Shown: positions 37,307 through 48,589 of the stretch, in pieces
How positions within the stretch are numbered: position 1 is the first letter of the stretch
Layout: each line of letters starts with the position of its first letter
Assembly: GCA_040285825.1 (NCBI GenBank)
Contig: JAUPSS010000016.1
Coordinates: 1-64,000, forward strand
Origin: Eukaryota sp. TZLM1-RC
Taxonomy: Eukaryota; Protista; Metamonada: BaSk clade
Direction: 5' to 3'
Length of the DNA stretch: 64,000 bases
Notes under the pieces: model-generated
What the model saw: the letters and a program-made list of their open reading frames with translations, nothing else
What the model was told of the DNA's origin: nothing
Databases searched by the model: none
Position numbers and translations under genes: made by a program

Positions 37307-39568
37307 ATGACCCACAACCACTGTTGTAACTTTGTTTGTAACTCTACACCTTCTTGTTCCCCAAATTCTCCTCCCAATCTCCAACCTCGTAATGGTTGTT
37401 TGTCTTCTCAACATGACTCCATTGCTTTACAGGTACCAACCAATCGGCATTTAGGGGTTCACTCCATTTCTGTAGGTTGGGGTTTTACAGTTCTCCTCAC
37501 ATATTCTGGTGAGGTTTATGGTTGGGGTGACAATTACTCTGATCAAGTTCTTTATAATGGACCTCAACCAATCTCTACTCCAATCAAACTACCTTTAAAT
37601 AATATTATTTCCATTTCGGCTGGTTTACACCATTCACTTGCCCTCTCTTCTGAAGGTAAGTTGTTTGGTTGGGGTTCGAATAATCACCATCAAATTAATA
37701 TTTCAAAAAATAGGTCACTACCAGTTACTCCAATAAACCTTCCTTATGATATTAAAGTGGCTTATGGTGGTTTTAAGTATTCGTTTGCTTTAACGCAAGA
37801 AGGTCAAGTTGTTAAATGGGGAGAGGGCGATTCTTTTGAAGTTATGGAAAGTTTAAATAATATTGTTTTAATTTCAATGAGTGGTGATTTATTTGTAGCA
37901 ATTACAGGAAATTGTAATGTCTTTTCCATTTACAAGAATTGTAAATGTGGCGAATCTTACACTTTATTTGTTGAGATACCCATAGGCAATCATTGTTTGC
38001 CACAAGAATTATTTCATAAGTCTTTTTTATTTGATGGTGATCTTTTATTTGTCATTGACTTTAATGGTGATGTTTGGAAGTTTAACAAGGGTGATGATGA
38101 TGTTCCTTTCAATAACAAACCCACCAAAGTTCCAGGGTTGAATAATATTGTTTCTATTAGTGGTCATGATGGTATTTATGCTGCCATTGATTTTGATGGT
38201 AAAGTTTTTTTATGGGGTTGGTTGAGTAGATTAAGTGATGATTTAAAAGATCATATTGAACCGTTATACCATAACACTTTCAATAATATACAAGGCATTT
38301 CTGTTTGTTTTGATCATCTATTGGTTTACAATGATAACACTGTTTGGGCCTGGGGAAGGAATGATAAAGGTCAATTAGGTACAGGTGATTTGATTGATCG
38401 ACCACAACCTGTCAAAGTATTTGGATCTGAAATACTTGGCAGTTTCCATTATCCAAATCAACCTTTGGATAGCATGTTTAGTGGTCTCATTAAGCTTGTT
38501 TATTGGGAATATTTAAATTATTTGCAAAAGCTCTTTGGTAATCATCCATATACCAAAGCACGATTTTACTGCAAATGTGGTGTTAGTAAAAGGGTAGTTC
38601 AATGTACCAGAACAATCATAAATGTTCATCCGATTCAAAATATGATGTTTTTAAAAAATCTCCAAGATTTTATTTTAAATGAAAATATTTCTGATTTACA
38701 ATTGAGATTATCTACTGGTCATAATGGTCCCAAAGTAATTAATACTAGAATTAAAAAACTTGATGTTTACTATGATATGGTTGATCACGATCCACAATTA
38801 TTGTCGTTTTTCCCAAATGTTGAGGTTGTCAACCTTGGTGGAAGGTCAAGTTCCGGCAGAAGGTCTATAGACTTGACACATTTATCAAATCTGAAATCTC
38901 TAGAACTTGATTTTCCATGCAATATTCAGAAATTACCCACTTCACTAGTGAAATTAGTACTTAAAAATTGTGATGTTGGTGTCACTGATATATGCTATCT
39001 CACATCATTAAAGGAATTGGTGGTGTTCTCTCATTATGAATTCGATATAAACCTATTACCCACTTCACTAGTGAAGTTGGTGTTAGCTTGCAGTGTCAAA
39101 GGGAGTAGTGATTTAAGTTATCTTACATCATTAAAGGAGTTGAAGGTATATAGACCCGGTAATCTTTCAAAATCAATATTAGAAGGACAAATTCCTTTAG
39201 CACAATTGATTGCTAGATTGGAATTAAAATTGTGGACTATAGTCGATATTCAAATACGATTACTAAGCTTGAAGGAATTGATAGTTCATCGCAGTGTTGC
39301 TACCAATATCACTGAACAAAACTTTCCTTCTTTGAAATTCATTCAATTGATTAAACCTGATAAAGGCAGTCTGTCAGATTCTACCCTATCTCCAACAAAA
39401 CTTATTGATCAAGGTTTAATAAAATCTATCACTCTAATTAAGGGTTCTTATTTAGTTGAATTAATTTCTTTTCCATGGTGGATTCAGTATTCAGCTGAAA
39501 GGTATTTGATGGATTTTTTCCGCGATTATGTAGATAATACTCTAAACGCCCCCCTCCCCCTAATATAA
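37307..39568 (+). CDS. RCC1-repeat + LRR/FNIP-like repeat protein
   Basis: GEVYGWGDN, SAGLHHSLAL, WAWGRNDKGQLGTGD; repeats LPTSLVKLVL..LTSLKEL. Confidence 0.88.
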   Translation: MTHNHCCNFVCNSTPSCSPNSPPNLQPRNGCLSSQHDSIALQVPTNRHLGVHSISVGWGFTVLLTYSGEVYGWGDNYSDQVLYNGPQPISTPIKLPLNNIISISAGLHHSLALSSEGKLFGWGSNNHHQINISKNRSLPVTPINLPYDIKVAYGGFKYSFALTQEGQVVKWGEGDSFEVMESLNNIVLISMSGDLFVAITGNCNVFSIYKNCKCGESYTLFVEIPIGNHCLPQELFHKSFLFDGDLLFVIDFNGDVWKFNKGDDDVPFNNKPTKVPGLNNIVSISGHDGIYAAIDFDGKVFLWGWLSRLSDDLKDHIEPLYHNTFNNIQGISVCFDHLLVYNDNTVWAWGRNDKGQLGTGDLIDRPQPVKVFGSEILGSFHYPNQPLDSMFSGLIKLVYWEYLNYLQKLFGNHPYTKARFYCKCGVSKRVVQCTRTIINVHPIQNMMFLKNLQDFILNENISDLQLRLSTGHNGPKVINTRIKKLDVYYDMVDHDPQLLSFFPNVEVVNLGGRSSSGRRSIDLTHLSNLKSLELDFPCNIQKLPTSLVKLVLKNCDVGVTDICYLTSLKELVVFSHYEFDINLLPTSLVKLVLACSVKGSSDLSYLTSLKELKVYRPGNLSKSILEGQIPLAQLIARLELKLWTIVDIQIRLLSLKELIVHRSVATNITEQNFPSLKFIQLIKPDKGSLSDSTLSPTKLIDQGLIKSITLIKGSYLVELISFPWWIQYSAERYLMDFFRDYVDNTLNAPLPLI

Positions 39569-39903
39569 TTTTTTGATTTTGAAATTTAATCTTTGAGTTA
39601 TACTATAGTCCTTTATTGTAGCCCAATTTGTTATTCTTCATTTAACACAATGGCACAAATTTCTTACACTGTGGCTTACAGTCGACTATTTGGACCTTTC
39701 TTTATGGTCAAGTATGAAATTGTTCAGGTATATAATCAACAAGAATCCCATTCAGTAGCAGAGTTAGTTGATTTGTTATTTTTATAGCATGTAGCAAACT
39801 TTACTGAGTTTTTTACTAAATTAATTTTTTGATCTGCTATAGACTGACATTAACTTAAGAAAAGCCCTCACCCTAGCTTTTTGAGGGGGGGGGGGCTTTA
39901 GAG
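39540..39903. mobile_element. ~364-bp MITE-like element with C-rich TIRs and TA flanks
   Basis: TA|CTCTAAACGCCCCCCTCCCCC ... GGGGGGGGGGGCTTTAGAG|TA. Confidence 0.65.
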
Positions 39904-40129
39904 TAATATTGGTCAAATCATAAATTACACTTAGTTAAATCATAAATTTAAAGTTTTTTGTATTTCCCAAAAATTAACAATTCAATGTAATTACACAAAA
40001 TATTTGTTAAATGTAGGTAATTTTTTGGATCTATTCATTGTTTAGAATCTTACTAATGCCACATAGTCTACAATTCCTCAAGTTTGGTTTGCGACAGTCA
40101 TTAAACAAAATGAAATCACTTTCAATTCA

Positions 40130-40639
40130 GATTCCATCAGATTCTGATTAAACTCCCCACTTTTATCAATACAAAAATGACTGATAGTTCAAGGTGGTAT
40201 GTGCCAATGGCAATTTCTCTATTTTGCAGACAAATGCTACATGCCTGTAAGTTTGACAATATTGAAATTCTGAACATTCCATTATCCAAAACAAACATGT
40301 TTACAGGAACAAGGTTGAAATCTGTTGAACAGAATTATGTTGAAAGATTTTTTGTTTAAAATTGCAATGAACTCTTTTTGACAATTTTGTATTTAAGACC
40401 GTTCAGCCAAAATTTCATGCATGGATGGTCACAACATTGAATAAGACCTGAAGCTGATGATAATAAACAACCGCAGTAGTGTCTACAAGTTGTATCCTTT
40501 AAATTTCCCAATACAAATCTCTTCCATGGCGTTAAGTCCAAATCTATCAAGGATGTATTTGAAGACTAAAATTTTTGAAAGGTATTTGATTGATATTTTT
40601 CTTGATTATGTTAATGCAAATTCAAATTATGCTATGTAA
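40130..40639 (+). pseudogene. Highly decayed RCC1-LRR 3' fragment
   Basis: ERYLIDIFLDYV matches ERYLMDFFRDYV of the intact gene; IRPEA resembles IKPDK. Confidence 0.55.
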
Positions 40640-40999
40640 AAAGATTCTATTTTTATATTTTTATATTTTATATTTTTTTATTGTTGTTTCTTGGTTTTTA
40701 TGTCATCAATTCTGAGTTAATGAATTCGAACGTTTTAAAGAAAGTTGTCTTTGATTACGGTTTTGCATCTTAAGTCTTGATGCTTCACTGGTCATCTGGT
40801 TTAGACAGAAATGTTTTTGATTCAGTTGTTGAGTTAAATAAAAAATAAAAACAAATTAAAAATACGACTTTTTTTAAACTTGGAATTTGATTCTGAATAT
40901 TCCTCAACTAAAGTGAATAATTCTATTTTTTATTAAAAAATGTCAATTTTTATCTGTTTTCAAAATACTTTTGTAACAGTTTTTGGAATATTTTCCTCA

Positions 41000-42562
41000 G
41001 AAAATGGAACTCAAGACCTTCAAGATAATAAGGTCCTGTATTACTGCATACAATGAACCTCAATGTCTACCACCAACAAGGCTGCAAATGTAAAATATAT
41101 TGCAAATAAGGCAAGTATTCAATCAAAACTCAGGGCCAACAATTTTTATTCACATAGGGAGATTATGCAAGATGTTAAACAAGAGGTTGCGGGGGTTGAA
41201 GTAAACTATGTCACCGCTTGGAGAGCAAAACAAATATGTATGGATAAAATTTTTGGCACTCATGAAGAAAATTTTACTAAGTTGCCACTGTACCAAAACG
41301 AACTTCAGAAAGTGGATCCTGATTCAGTTCTGCTGTATTAACTGGAGGGGTCAATTTTTGACAAATTATTTAACATATGGAAACGAAGACAAGAGGTGTT
41401 TTGTTAGCTGCATCTGGTATTGATGCACAAGGCCAAATTTTCCCATTAGCCTTCGCACTGGGGAAAACTGAGTCAAAAGACACATGGTGTTGGTTTCTGA
41501 GTCACTTGTCTGTTCATATTGACCATTCAAACCCACCTTTATTTCTGACCGACAGACAGGATTAATCGATGCTGTGTCAACTGTTTTTGTGGGAGCTAAA
41601 CATGCCTATTGCCTTCGTCATTTGTGGCAAAATTGTTTAATGAAATTAAAGACTGAAGAATTAACGTCAAAACTATGGATTTATTGTGGCTTTAGCGAAA
41701 TCAAAAAACCAGTCCGAGTATGAAGAGGCATATGAGCAGATGCAGGCTGTATCCAACAAAGCAGTTGCTTGGTTTGAGAACATTGGAAAGGAGCATTATG
41801 TAGACGCTTTTTTTCAGGACGTCGATACGGCCACTATACTAGTAATTTAGCAGAGTCCTTAAATCATTGGTTGAAAAGAGTGAGGGAAATGCCTGCTGTT
41901 GAAATGTTGGAATGTATCAGACGACAAATGCGTCAATGGTATGATAAAAGACATTCAGAAGCAGTGAGCTTGCTCAGCAAAAGTTGTAACAAAGGTTTCG
42001 GAAAAGTATTAAAAATTGTGGAACAACGTACTATTTTAGCTAGAACGTTCAAAACAAATGACAGCAATGATGGTTTATATAAGTTGTTGGTTTAAGAAAC
42101 AGTACTTTTACCGTAGACTTTAACAGCAAAAAATGTAGTTGTAATGGGTGGCAAAATGATGGATACCCTTGTACTCGCAGTTTGGCTGTTTATTTAAAGA
42201 AGCATGTTGTGCCATTTGATGGTATAGCTGAAATTCATATAAATTTATATAGTTTAGAGTATTACAAAAAGTCTTACGAAACAAGTATTCCCATTGTTGC
42301 TGATCGAAGTGAATGGGAGTTCAAGTCTAAATTTCAAACGGTGGATCCTCCTAGTGTGTCCAAAGTGGGTGGACGACCACGCAAGAAGCGAATTGATACC
42401 TTTTCTCAACAAAGAAAGAGACAAAGAGTTGCACTGGTACAGGATGATTGGTTGTCCTTGTTCCAAGAAGACAATGTCCCAGAACTCATCGACGTGGACG
42501 ATGTTTATCCAGACTCAGACATGGAAAATCATTTCGACTTGCTGAATGACGATGTAGCATAA
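41000..42562 (+). mobile_element. MuDR/MULE transposase pseudogene with SWIM finger
   Basis: YVTAWRAK, LLAASGIDAQGQIFPLAFA..ESKDTWCWFL, HAYCLRHL, TSNLAESLN, CSCNGWQNDGYPC, GRPRKKR. Confidence 0.9.
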
Positions 42563-42837
42563 ACTAGTATTAATAATAAACACTTTGATGACAAATGGTC
42601 TTTATCAGCTCTAAAGTGATATAAACTCTTCGTATAGGTGATGTTAACGTTGATATAACCTCAACTGAAAGTAACAGTGTCAGGAGAATGGCTGATGGAA
42701 TATAAGCAAAGGTAGCCCGAAACGTGAGCATTTTTGAAATTGCAAAGTGAAAACGTGATGGAGCATTTTTGTATGTCACAAGATGCAGAAAGATTTGATT
42801 CATTTATCCACAACTTCTACGAGCTGACTTCAGCCTG

Positions 42838-43453
42838 ATGTCTTACTCATTCTCTTACACTTCTACAGACCTGCAATCTCTTGCAGTCATCTCATCATCC
42901 AACAACAGTTCCTCTCAAGGAACATGGCAAAATGGAGAACCTCTCTCTGATGTCAACAAAGTCATTATTATTGTTGTTTTGATCATTGTTTTTAACATAT
43001 TTGCTCTCGTATGTGTTACTTATATTCTTACTTCAGTTATGCATTCCTTGCTTTATTGCTCTCATGAAAAAACCTGAACAAGATGAAAACCATCAGTCGA
43101 CTTCGCCTTTCCAAAAAACCACAGTCACTATAGATCGTCCCACCGGTGTTCTTTCAGTTGCTTCTGAAGGAATTGTCAACCAATTCACTACATATTCCAT
43201 CCATGATATCGATAGAATTCGTAGCGGTCTTGATGGCCAAAAGGCAGCCGCTTTCATTTCCACCAAGCAAGGACTCCATATTTCCATCCCATTCAGCAGT
43301 TCTCTCTCTTCCCATGACCTCAATCTCATGATTAATAACCTCAATTCCGATCTGAATAATATTGGATCTACAAGCAATGTACCCCGTTATTCAAGTGCTC
43401 CTTCCTATAATAATGTCCCGATATATGACGCTTCTGCTCCTAGTTTTATGTAA
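42838..43453 (+). CDS. Single-pass membrane protein (~195 aa), two exons 42838-43008 and 43037-43453
   Basis: Removing GTATGT..CTTCAG (43009-43036) joins two track ORFs in frame through one hydrophobic segment. Confidence 0.7.
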
Positions 43454-44572
43454 ATAGTTTGTGTTTTTTTGGTTTTTTTGTTGTAAATTTGTGATTAATT
43501 GTTCAATTTTTTCAGTTCTTGTCTCATCGTATACAATTTGAAAAAGATTGCTTTTTTAACCCTAATCTAGACTTGTATGAAACTGCCTTGGTGCACATTC
43601 AATGAAGTATAAGCCACTACCCTCATTACTTATACGTCAACCATTGAACCAACTGGCGATTTAACCATTTCTATCTCATCTGTGATTTCTGAATGTACTT
43701 TGTCTGACAGCATGAAGGTCATTTCTTTTGAAGGCACAATAGAATTCCTTTGGACATTCTTCTTGTTTTTACAACAGTATCGTAAAGTATTGCTCCGGCT
43801 CCTTTGTTGAACATAATGCAGACACTTTTTTTGATGTTTTTTATTATTTTTTACAGTTAACACTTACTATAATAAAACCGCAACCAATAGGGAGCAATTC
43901 TTTATAACAAGATTTATTCTGCAAAAACTTGATCTATTGAACGTTCTCTCTTATGCAATTTTATTGGTCCTCATGATACGTTCTAGAGATCAAATTTTAC
44001 TTGAAAAATTTTGATTTGTGAGAATTGTTTTTTGAATTCTAAAATGAAGTACATGATACTGTAGAACACCATCATTTATGATGAGACGTATGTTGTAGTA
44101 TATGATTATTTATGTAATGAGTTGCCAGCACTTTATGATAATTTCAATTGCAACTAATGTGTTTTAATGTTTTCTTCATAATTTTTGAATTCAGGAGAAC
44201 AAATGTTTAGAAATAGTGGTCAATTTTTCAATGGAAATTTCATTTTCGGAGTTCAACTTGAAAAGTGTGTGGGGAAATAGGAGTTGTATTTTTTTGGGAA
44301 AACACCAGTATTGTTGTTTTGACTGTGCATTTTAACTCAGATAAATTTCGCTCTAACATTGATTTGTTCTTCACCTGTTCCTTTCGTCATTTCTATTGTC
44401 GAAACAACTTATTCCAATTATTTACCCTGTTAACTGAACTGTTGCTTATGTATACGTAAGGAGCATTAATCATTCACTTTGAACTATGGGCCAAATTATG
44501 GTATAATTAAACATCCAAAAATTCGCAGAATATCAGTTTTGCAACGTTTGTCCCTTATCATTGTTGTCATAG

Positions 44573-44645
44573 TCACTCGTAGCACAACCGGCAGTGCGCT
44601 CGACTGTTAATCGAAAGGTTGTGAGTTCGAGCCTCACCGAGTGAG
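44573..44645 (+). tRNA. tRNA-Asn(GTT)
   Basis: TCACTCG/CGAGTGA acceptor stem, GCAC/GTGC D-stem, CT GTT AA loop, GTGAG TTCGAGC CTCAC T-arm, T5 downstream. Confidence 0.9.
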
Positions 44646-44832
44646 AAATTTTTGCAAATGAAATCCTGTTTTCTCGTTTTACATTTGAGTTGATTATCGG
44701 ATGGTTTTCTGTTGTGATAAGTGTCAGATATATCTGTATATTTAATTTTGTTCAGCAATTTCAAGACGTTTCATGCAGAAAAGAAGTAAACTATTGTTGA
44801 GACATCGACCAAATTGTCAAAAACTTAAATCT

Positions 44833-44906
44833 TGCTCACTACAGGGATCGAACCTGTGACCTTCGCGTTATTAGCACGACGCTCTAACCAACTGAGCTAA
44901 GAGAGC
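44833..44906 (-). tRNA. tRNA-Ile(AAT)
   Basis: GCTCTCT TAGCTCAGTTGGTTAGAGC..CGTG CT AAT AA CGCG..GGTTCGATCC; one U-U mismatch in the acceptor stem. Confidence 0.92.
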
Positions 44907-45092
44907 AGCTTGACATGTAATCAAAAATTCTTCCTGCCCGTTGTTTTACAATTTCAACAAAATCATTTAGATAAAGCAAGTGGTATAAGCGTGCCATTTA
45001 GGGAAATAGAAAATGGACAAAAGACATAATGAGTATGCGATTCAGCATTCAAGGAAACCAACTGTATCAATTTTAGTGTTTTCGGCAATAGA

Positions 45093-45290
45093 CACTGTCT
45101 GTTGCCGAGCACTTAGTCACAGGTGAAGAAAAGGATTTTTATTACTCGAGTATTACTTGAGTATTGCTTGCTGTTCTCAAAACTGAGTATGAGTATTACT
45201 CAAACTTTTAAGTAATTCACTTGAGTTATACTTGAGTAAAGTCATTACTCAGTTTTGCTCGAGTAAAGTATTTTGCGGCAACAGACAGCG
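45093..45290. mobile_element. ~198-bp palindromic MITE with CACTG-type termini
   Basis: CACTGTCTGTTGCCG ... CGGCAACAGACAGCG, GA on both flanks, internal inverted GAGTA/TACTC motifs. Confidence 0.65.
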
Positions 45291-45299
45291 GATTCTGGT

Positions 45300-45530
45300 A
45301 TTTTGACTGAGCTAACGGTACCAAACGAGAGAGTAATGGTTCTAAGAAAGAAACAATTCTGTGTGACTTTGACATACAATAGAGTTGATCCTTAACTGCA
45401 TCATGAACTTGATCGGAAACTAATAAAATGTTTACAATTAAACAACTGATTACGAGAAATTTTTCATCAACACTTGCAATTTTAAATACAATATACCACA
45501 ATGTGATATTACCTTCCGTCATCAACAAAG
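45300..45530 (-). mobile_element. RLE retrotransposon fragment
   Basis: VHDAVKDQLYCMSKSHRIVSFLEPLL nearly matches the 58153-58464 copy. Confidence 0.75.
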
Positions 45531-45696
45531 ACCAGTCGCTTAGTTAATATTGATATTGTGTTGTTGATTTGCAGTCTCATACAAGTCTATTTAGAACTAT
45601 TTTTCAGAATGTAAATTGAAAAATTGATACAAATGATTTATTAATTTTCTTATTCTAGGGCAAGGCCAATTTAGCAAAAAACAACAAAAATTCCTC

Positions 45697-46791
45697 TTAA
45701 CCTCCACTATGAACAATACAATGTTCCTCTATAACTTGACTCAACAACATCAATGCTCCCCAGCATGCTTGCCTCATGACCTCTTCTCTAGTTCCCTTGA
45801 ACACAAACTTCTCGACTTTATGCCTGGACAAACAAGACAGTGCAATAAAAACGGTGCCAACTGGCAGTGACGTGGCAGTAGGACCCGCAAAACAAGTAAT
45901 TCCAATTGAAACGGTGGTGTCTAAAATACTTCGTATTGATTCAGCCATTCGTAAGCTAACTTCACTGGATACTTGACCATATAGTTGAACAAAAGTTGGA
46001 TCAATTCCAAGTAGTTTCTGCTTAGAGTCAATAGAGTAGGTGCAAACTCCACCCTTGAATAAGTCAGAGATGCCGGGAATAGTGGTCATCAGAGCAGAGA
46101 GAGCTCCACCTGTGCAACTCTCGGCGATGGCTAGGCAGTGTCCATGGCGAACGATATTGACAAAGGCAAGGGACAGAGGATCAAGGCACCGACGACCAAT
46201 GATGTTCTTCTTGAAACGATGAAGTAGTTCAGCTTGTGCGATGGCTGTCAGCTCAGGGGGACCATAGATACAAACTCTCGTGAGAAAGTCAAATGTAGGT
46301 GAAACAGATATAAGTATCTCAGAGCAGAATTCAAGCTCTAGAAAGGTAGACACAATGTCAATGTAGGAGTGTGTAGGGAAGAAAAGATCTAAAAATGAAC
46401 AGGATAATTCTACATTTGAAAGAATCTTATCAAGCTCATCTACCCGAAGCATTGTTTCTAATAGAGCATTCCGATCACCACTACATTCAAACATGGCGAT
46501 AGTATTTGGAAATGTTGTGATGTAGACATTAGCAGATGTACTATCAGCAAGAATTACATTATCTAATTGTGGAAGATTTGGAGAATTCGGTATTGGACCA
46601 ACAATGTAAACACTTTCTTCTTCAGTTGTAAGTAGTTTGGATCCAATCTGACATAACCACGAGTCCCATGATGTACAACGGATTGTGTTGGTGAGTGTTG
46701 TTTCTTCAAAACAATGATGTGGGTCAAAGAGCAGCAACATAAAGTCTACTAAGAAATTGGTGAAGAAAGCTTTATCAATTATAGGTATCAT
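45697..46791 (-). CDS. CinA C-terminal / PncC (NMN deamidase) domain protein with unrecognised N-terminal half
   Basis: AIAESCTGG, GGVCTYSIDSKQKLLG, VSSEVSLRMA, GITCFAGP, PVGTVFIA. Confidence 0.85.
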   Translation of the reverse strand: MIPIIDKAFFTNFLVDFMLLLFDPHHCFEETTLTNTIRCTSWDSWLCQIGSKLLTTEEESVYIVGPIPNSPNLPQLDNVILADSTSANVYITTFPNTIAMFECSGDRNALLETMLRVDELDKILSNVELSCSFLDLFFPTHSYIDIVSTFLELEFCSEILISVSPTFDFLTRVCIYGPPELTAIAQAELLHRFKKNIIGRRCLDPLSLAFVNIVRHGHCLAIAESCTGGALSALMTTIPGISDLFKGGVCTYSIDSKQKLLGIDPTFVQLYGQVSSEVSLRMAESIRSILDTTVSIGITCFAGPTATSLPVGTVFIALSCLSRHKVEKFVFKGTREEVMRQACWGALMLLSQVIEEHCIVHSGG

Positions 46792-46971
46792 TCACATAGT
46801 TGAACTCAAATTGTAACAACTTGGTATAAATCTGATGTACACTCCATCTCAAACTCTTCCTTTATCGTTGTTTGTCTAATTCTGCATCAACAGATTAACA
46901 CGTAGGGTTTACAGTGGATCTTGAAATAGCACAATCAAAATTGAAATTGATTTCCTTTTCCTTCAAACATA

Positions 46972-47715
46972 ATGCCAGTTGACATCAAGGTTGTGGAGAA
47001 CAAAGATGAAATGGCCAAGCAAGTGGCTGCTGAGATCATAGATCTTATCAACACGAAGAAGCAGCAATGCCAAAACTGTGTGCTATGTCTCCCCACTGGC
47101 TCAACTCCTATTCCGGTGTATCAAGAAATTGTTCGCCGATCCAAGGAAGAATCTATTGACTTTGGCCACGTTTACACCTTCAACCTTGATGAATATTCTG
47201 GTCTACCCCACGATCACCCGGAAAGTTACCACTACTTTATGAACCAGAATCTCTTCAACCACATCAGCATCCCCAAGGACCATATCCATATCCCTGAAGG
47301 TTTTGATGATGATGAACAAGCTCGCAAGTTTGCTCAAGATTATGAATCCAAGATTAAACAGCTTGGTGGTTTAGATCTCGCCATGCTTGGAATCGGACGT
47401 ACTGGTCACATTGGTTTTAACGAACCTGGGGCAGAAAAGAACTCTCGTACCCGCAGAGTGGTCTTACATGAGGTAACTCGCCAGGACGCCAAACCTGCCT
47501 TCCAACAACATGGAGAGGAAGTACCCACCCATGCTGTTACGATGGGCATTGGTTCTATCCTTGATAGTGAACGTATCATCATGATGGCTACTGGTGCTAA
47601 TAAGAAGGAGATTGTTGAGCGATTCCGTACAGAGGAACCAAGTACACAAAACCCCTCAACATTTTTGAAGGAACATTCTAACTGCACCGTTTTTGTTGAT
47701 CAGGCTGCTGCGTAG
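46972..47715 (+). CDS. nagB: Glucosamine-6-phosphate deaminase
   Basis: PTGSTP, TFNLDEY, HPESY, LGIGRTGHIGFNEPG, TMGIGSI. Confidence 0.96.
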   Translation: MPVDIKVVENKDEMAKQVAAEIIDLINTKKQQCQNCVLCLPTGSTPIPVYQEIVRRSKEESIDFGHVYTFNLDEYSGLPHDHPESYHYFMNQNLFNHISIPKDHIHIPEGFDDDEQARKFAQDYESKIKQLGGLDLAMLGIGRTGHIGFNEPGAEKNSRTRRVVLHEVTRQDAKPAFQQHGEEVPTHAVTMGIGSILDSERIIMMATGANKKEIVERFRTEEPSTQNPSTFLKEHSNCTVFVDQAAA

Positions 47716-48589
47716 TCTGTAGTTTGTAGATGCTATTACTATGGCAGTGGATTACATTCATAAATCACCATTCTTTGAGAGTTTGATTCAGTTTTTACAT
47801 TGATTCAATGTTTTGTTAACCTGTGTTTAAGTAGTTGATTGTGCCACTTAACATTGTTTAACAAGGTTTTGAGTTTTAAGATTTGTCTAGGTAATCAATC
47901 AAAAATGATTGGGAATGTGACTTTTACTGCGAAGCTGCTGACATGAAGGAGTTTTTGTCTCTTGCGTTTAAATCTCTTAAATTTTTTCTATTAGTGTCAA
48001 TTACTATTAACTATTATTATTTTTTATTTATTCTATTTTGTTTTATTCTTTAATCATTGTTATTCTGCAATAATCCTTCAAAATTGTATTTGAATCTCCT
48101 GCTTTACTGTTTCATTGCTGTAGATTAATGTGTGAATTTGCACACAAAATTTATTCAATATAAACACAAACTCTTGCACTCCTTCCTTTACATCATTCAA
48201 GGGATACTCATCACTTCTGTTGGCGTCTTCTCGATGAGTGGTGGGAAAGGTTCACCTTTTTGGGGAACAGAGTGCACCACTGGAAGTGGGGATATCTTCA
48301 GGTTCTTAGTTAAGATTCGGGATAATCCATGTTTAATTCATCAGATTATCGACTAAGAGTATTGAATTATAACCATTAAAAATGTGTACAACTTGTTAAA
48401 CTTGCTAAACTTGTATAATGTGTCTGTTAGAGGGAGAAGCATTATGGCAGTGAGAGAGATGTGTGGCGGCTGTCTAAAAACGGTGTACATGGAACAACAT
48501 CTTGAGGTATTGAGTATTCCAAACAATGGGGATCAAAGATTTGCTTGAGAAGATCGAAATTATTTTACATATAATTTATTTAATAGAAA

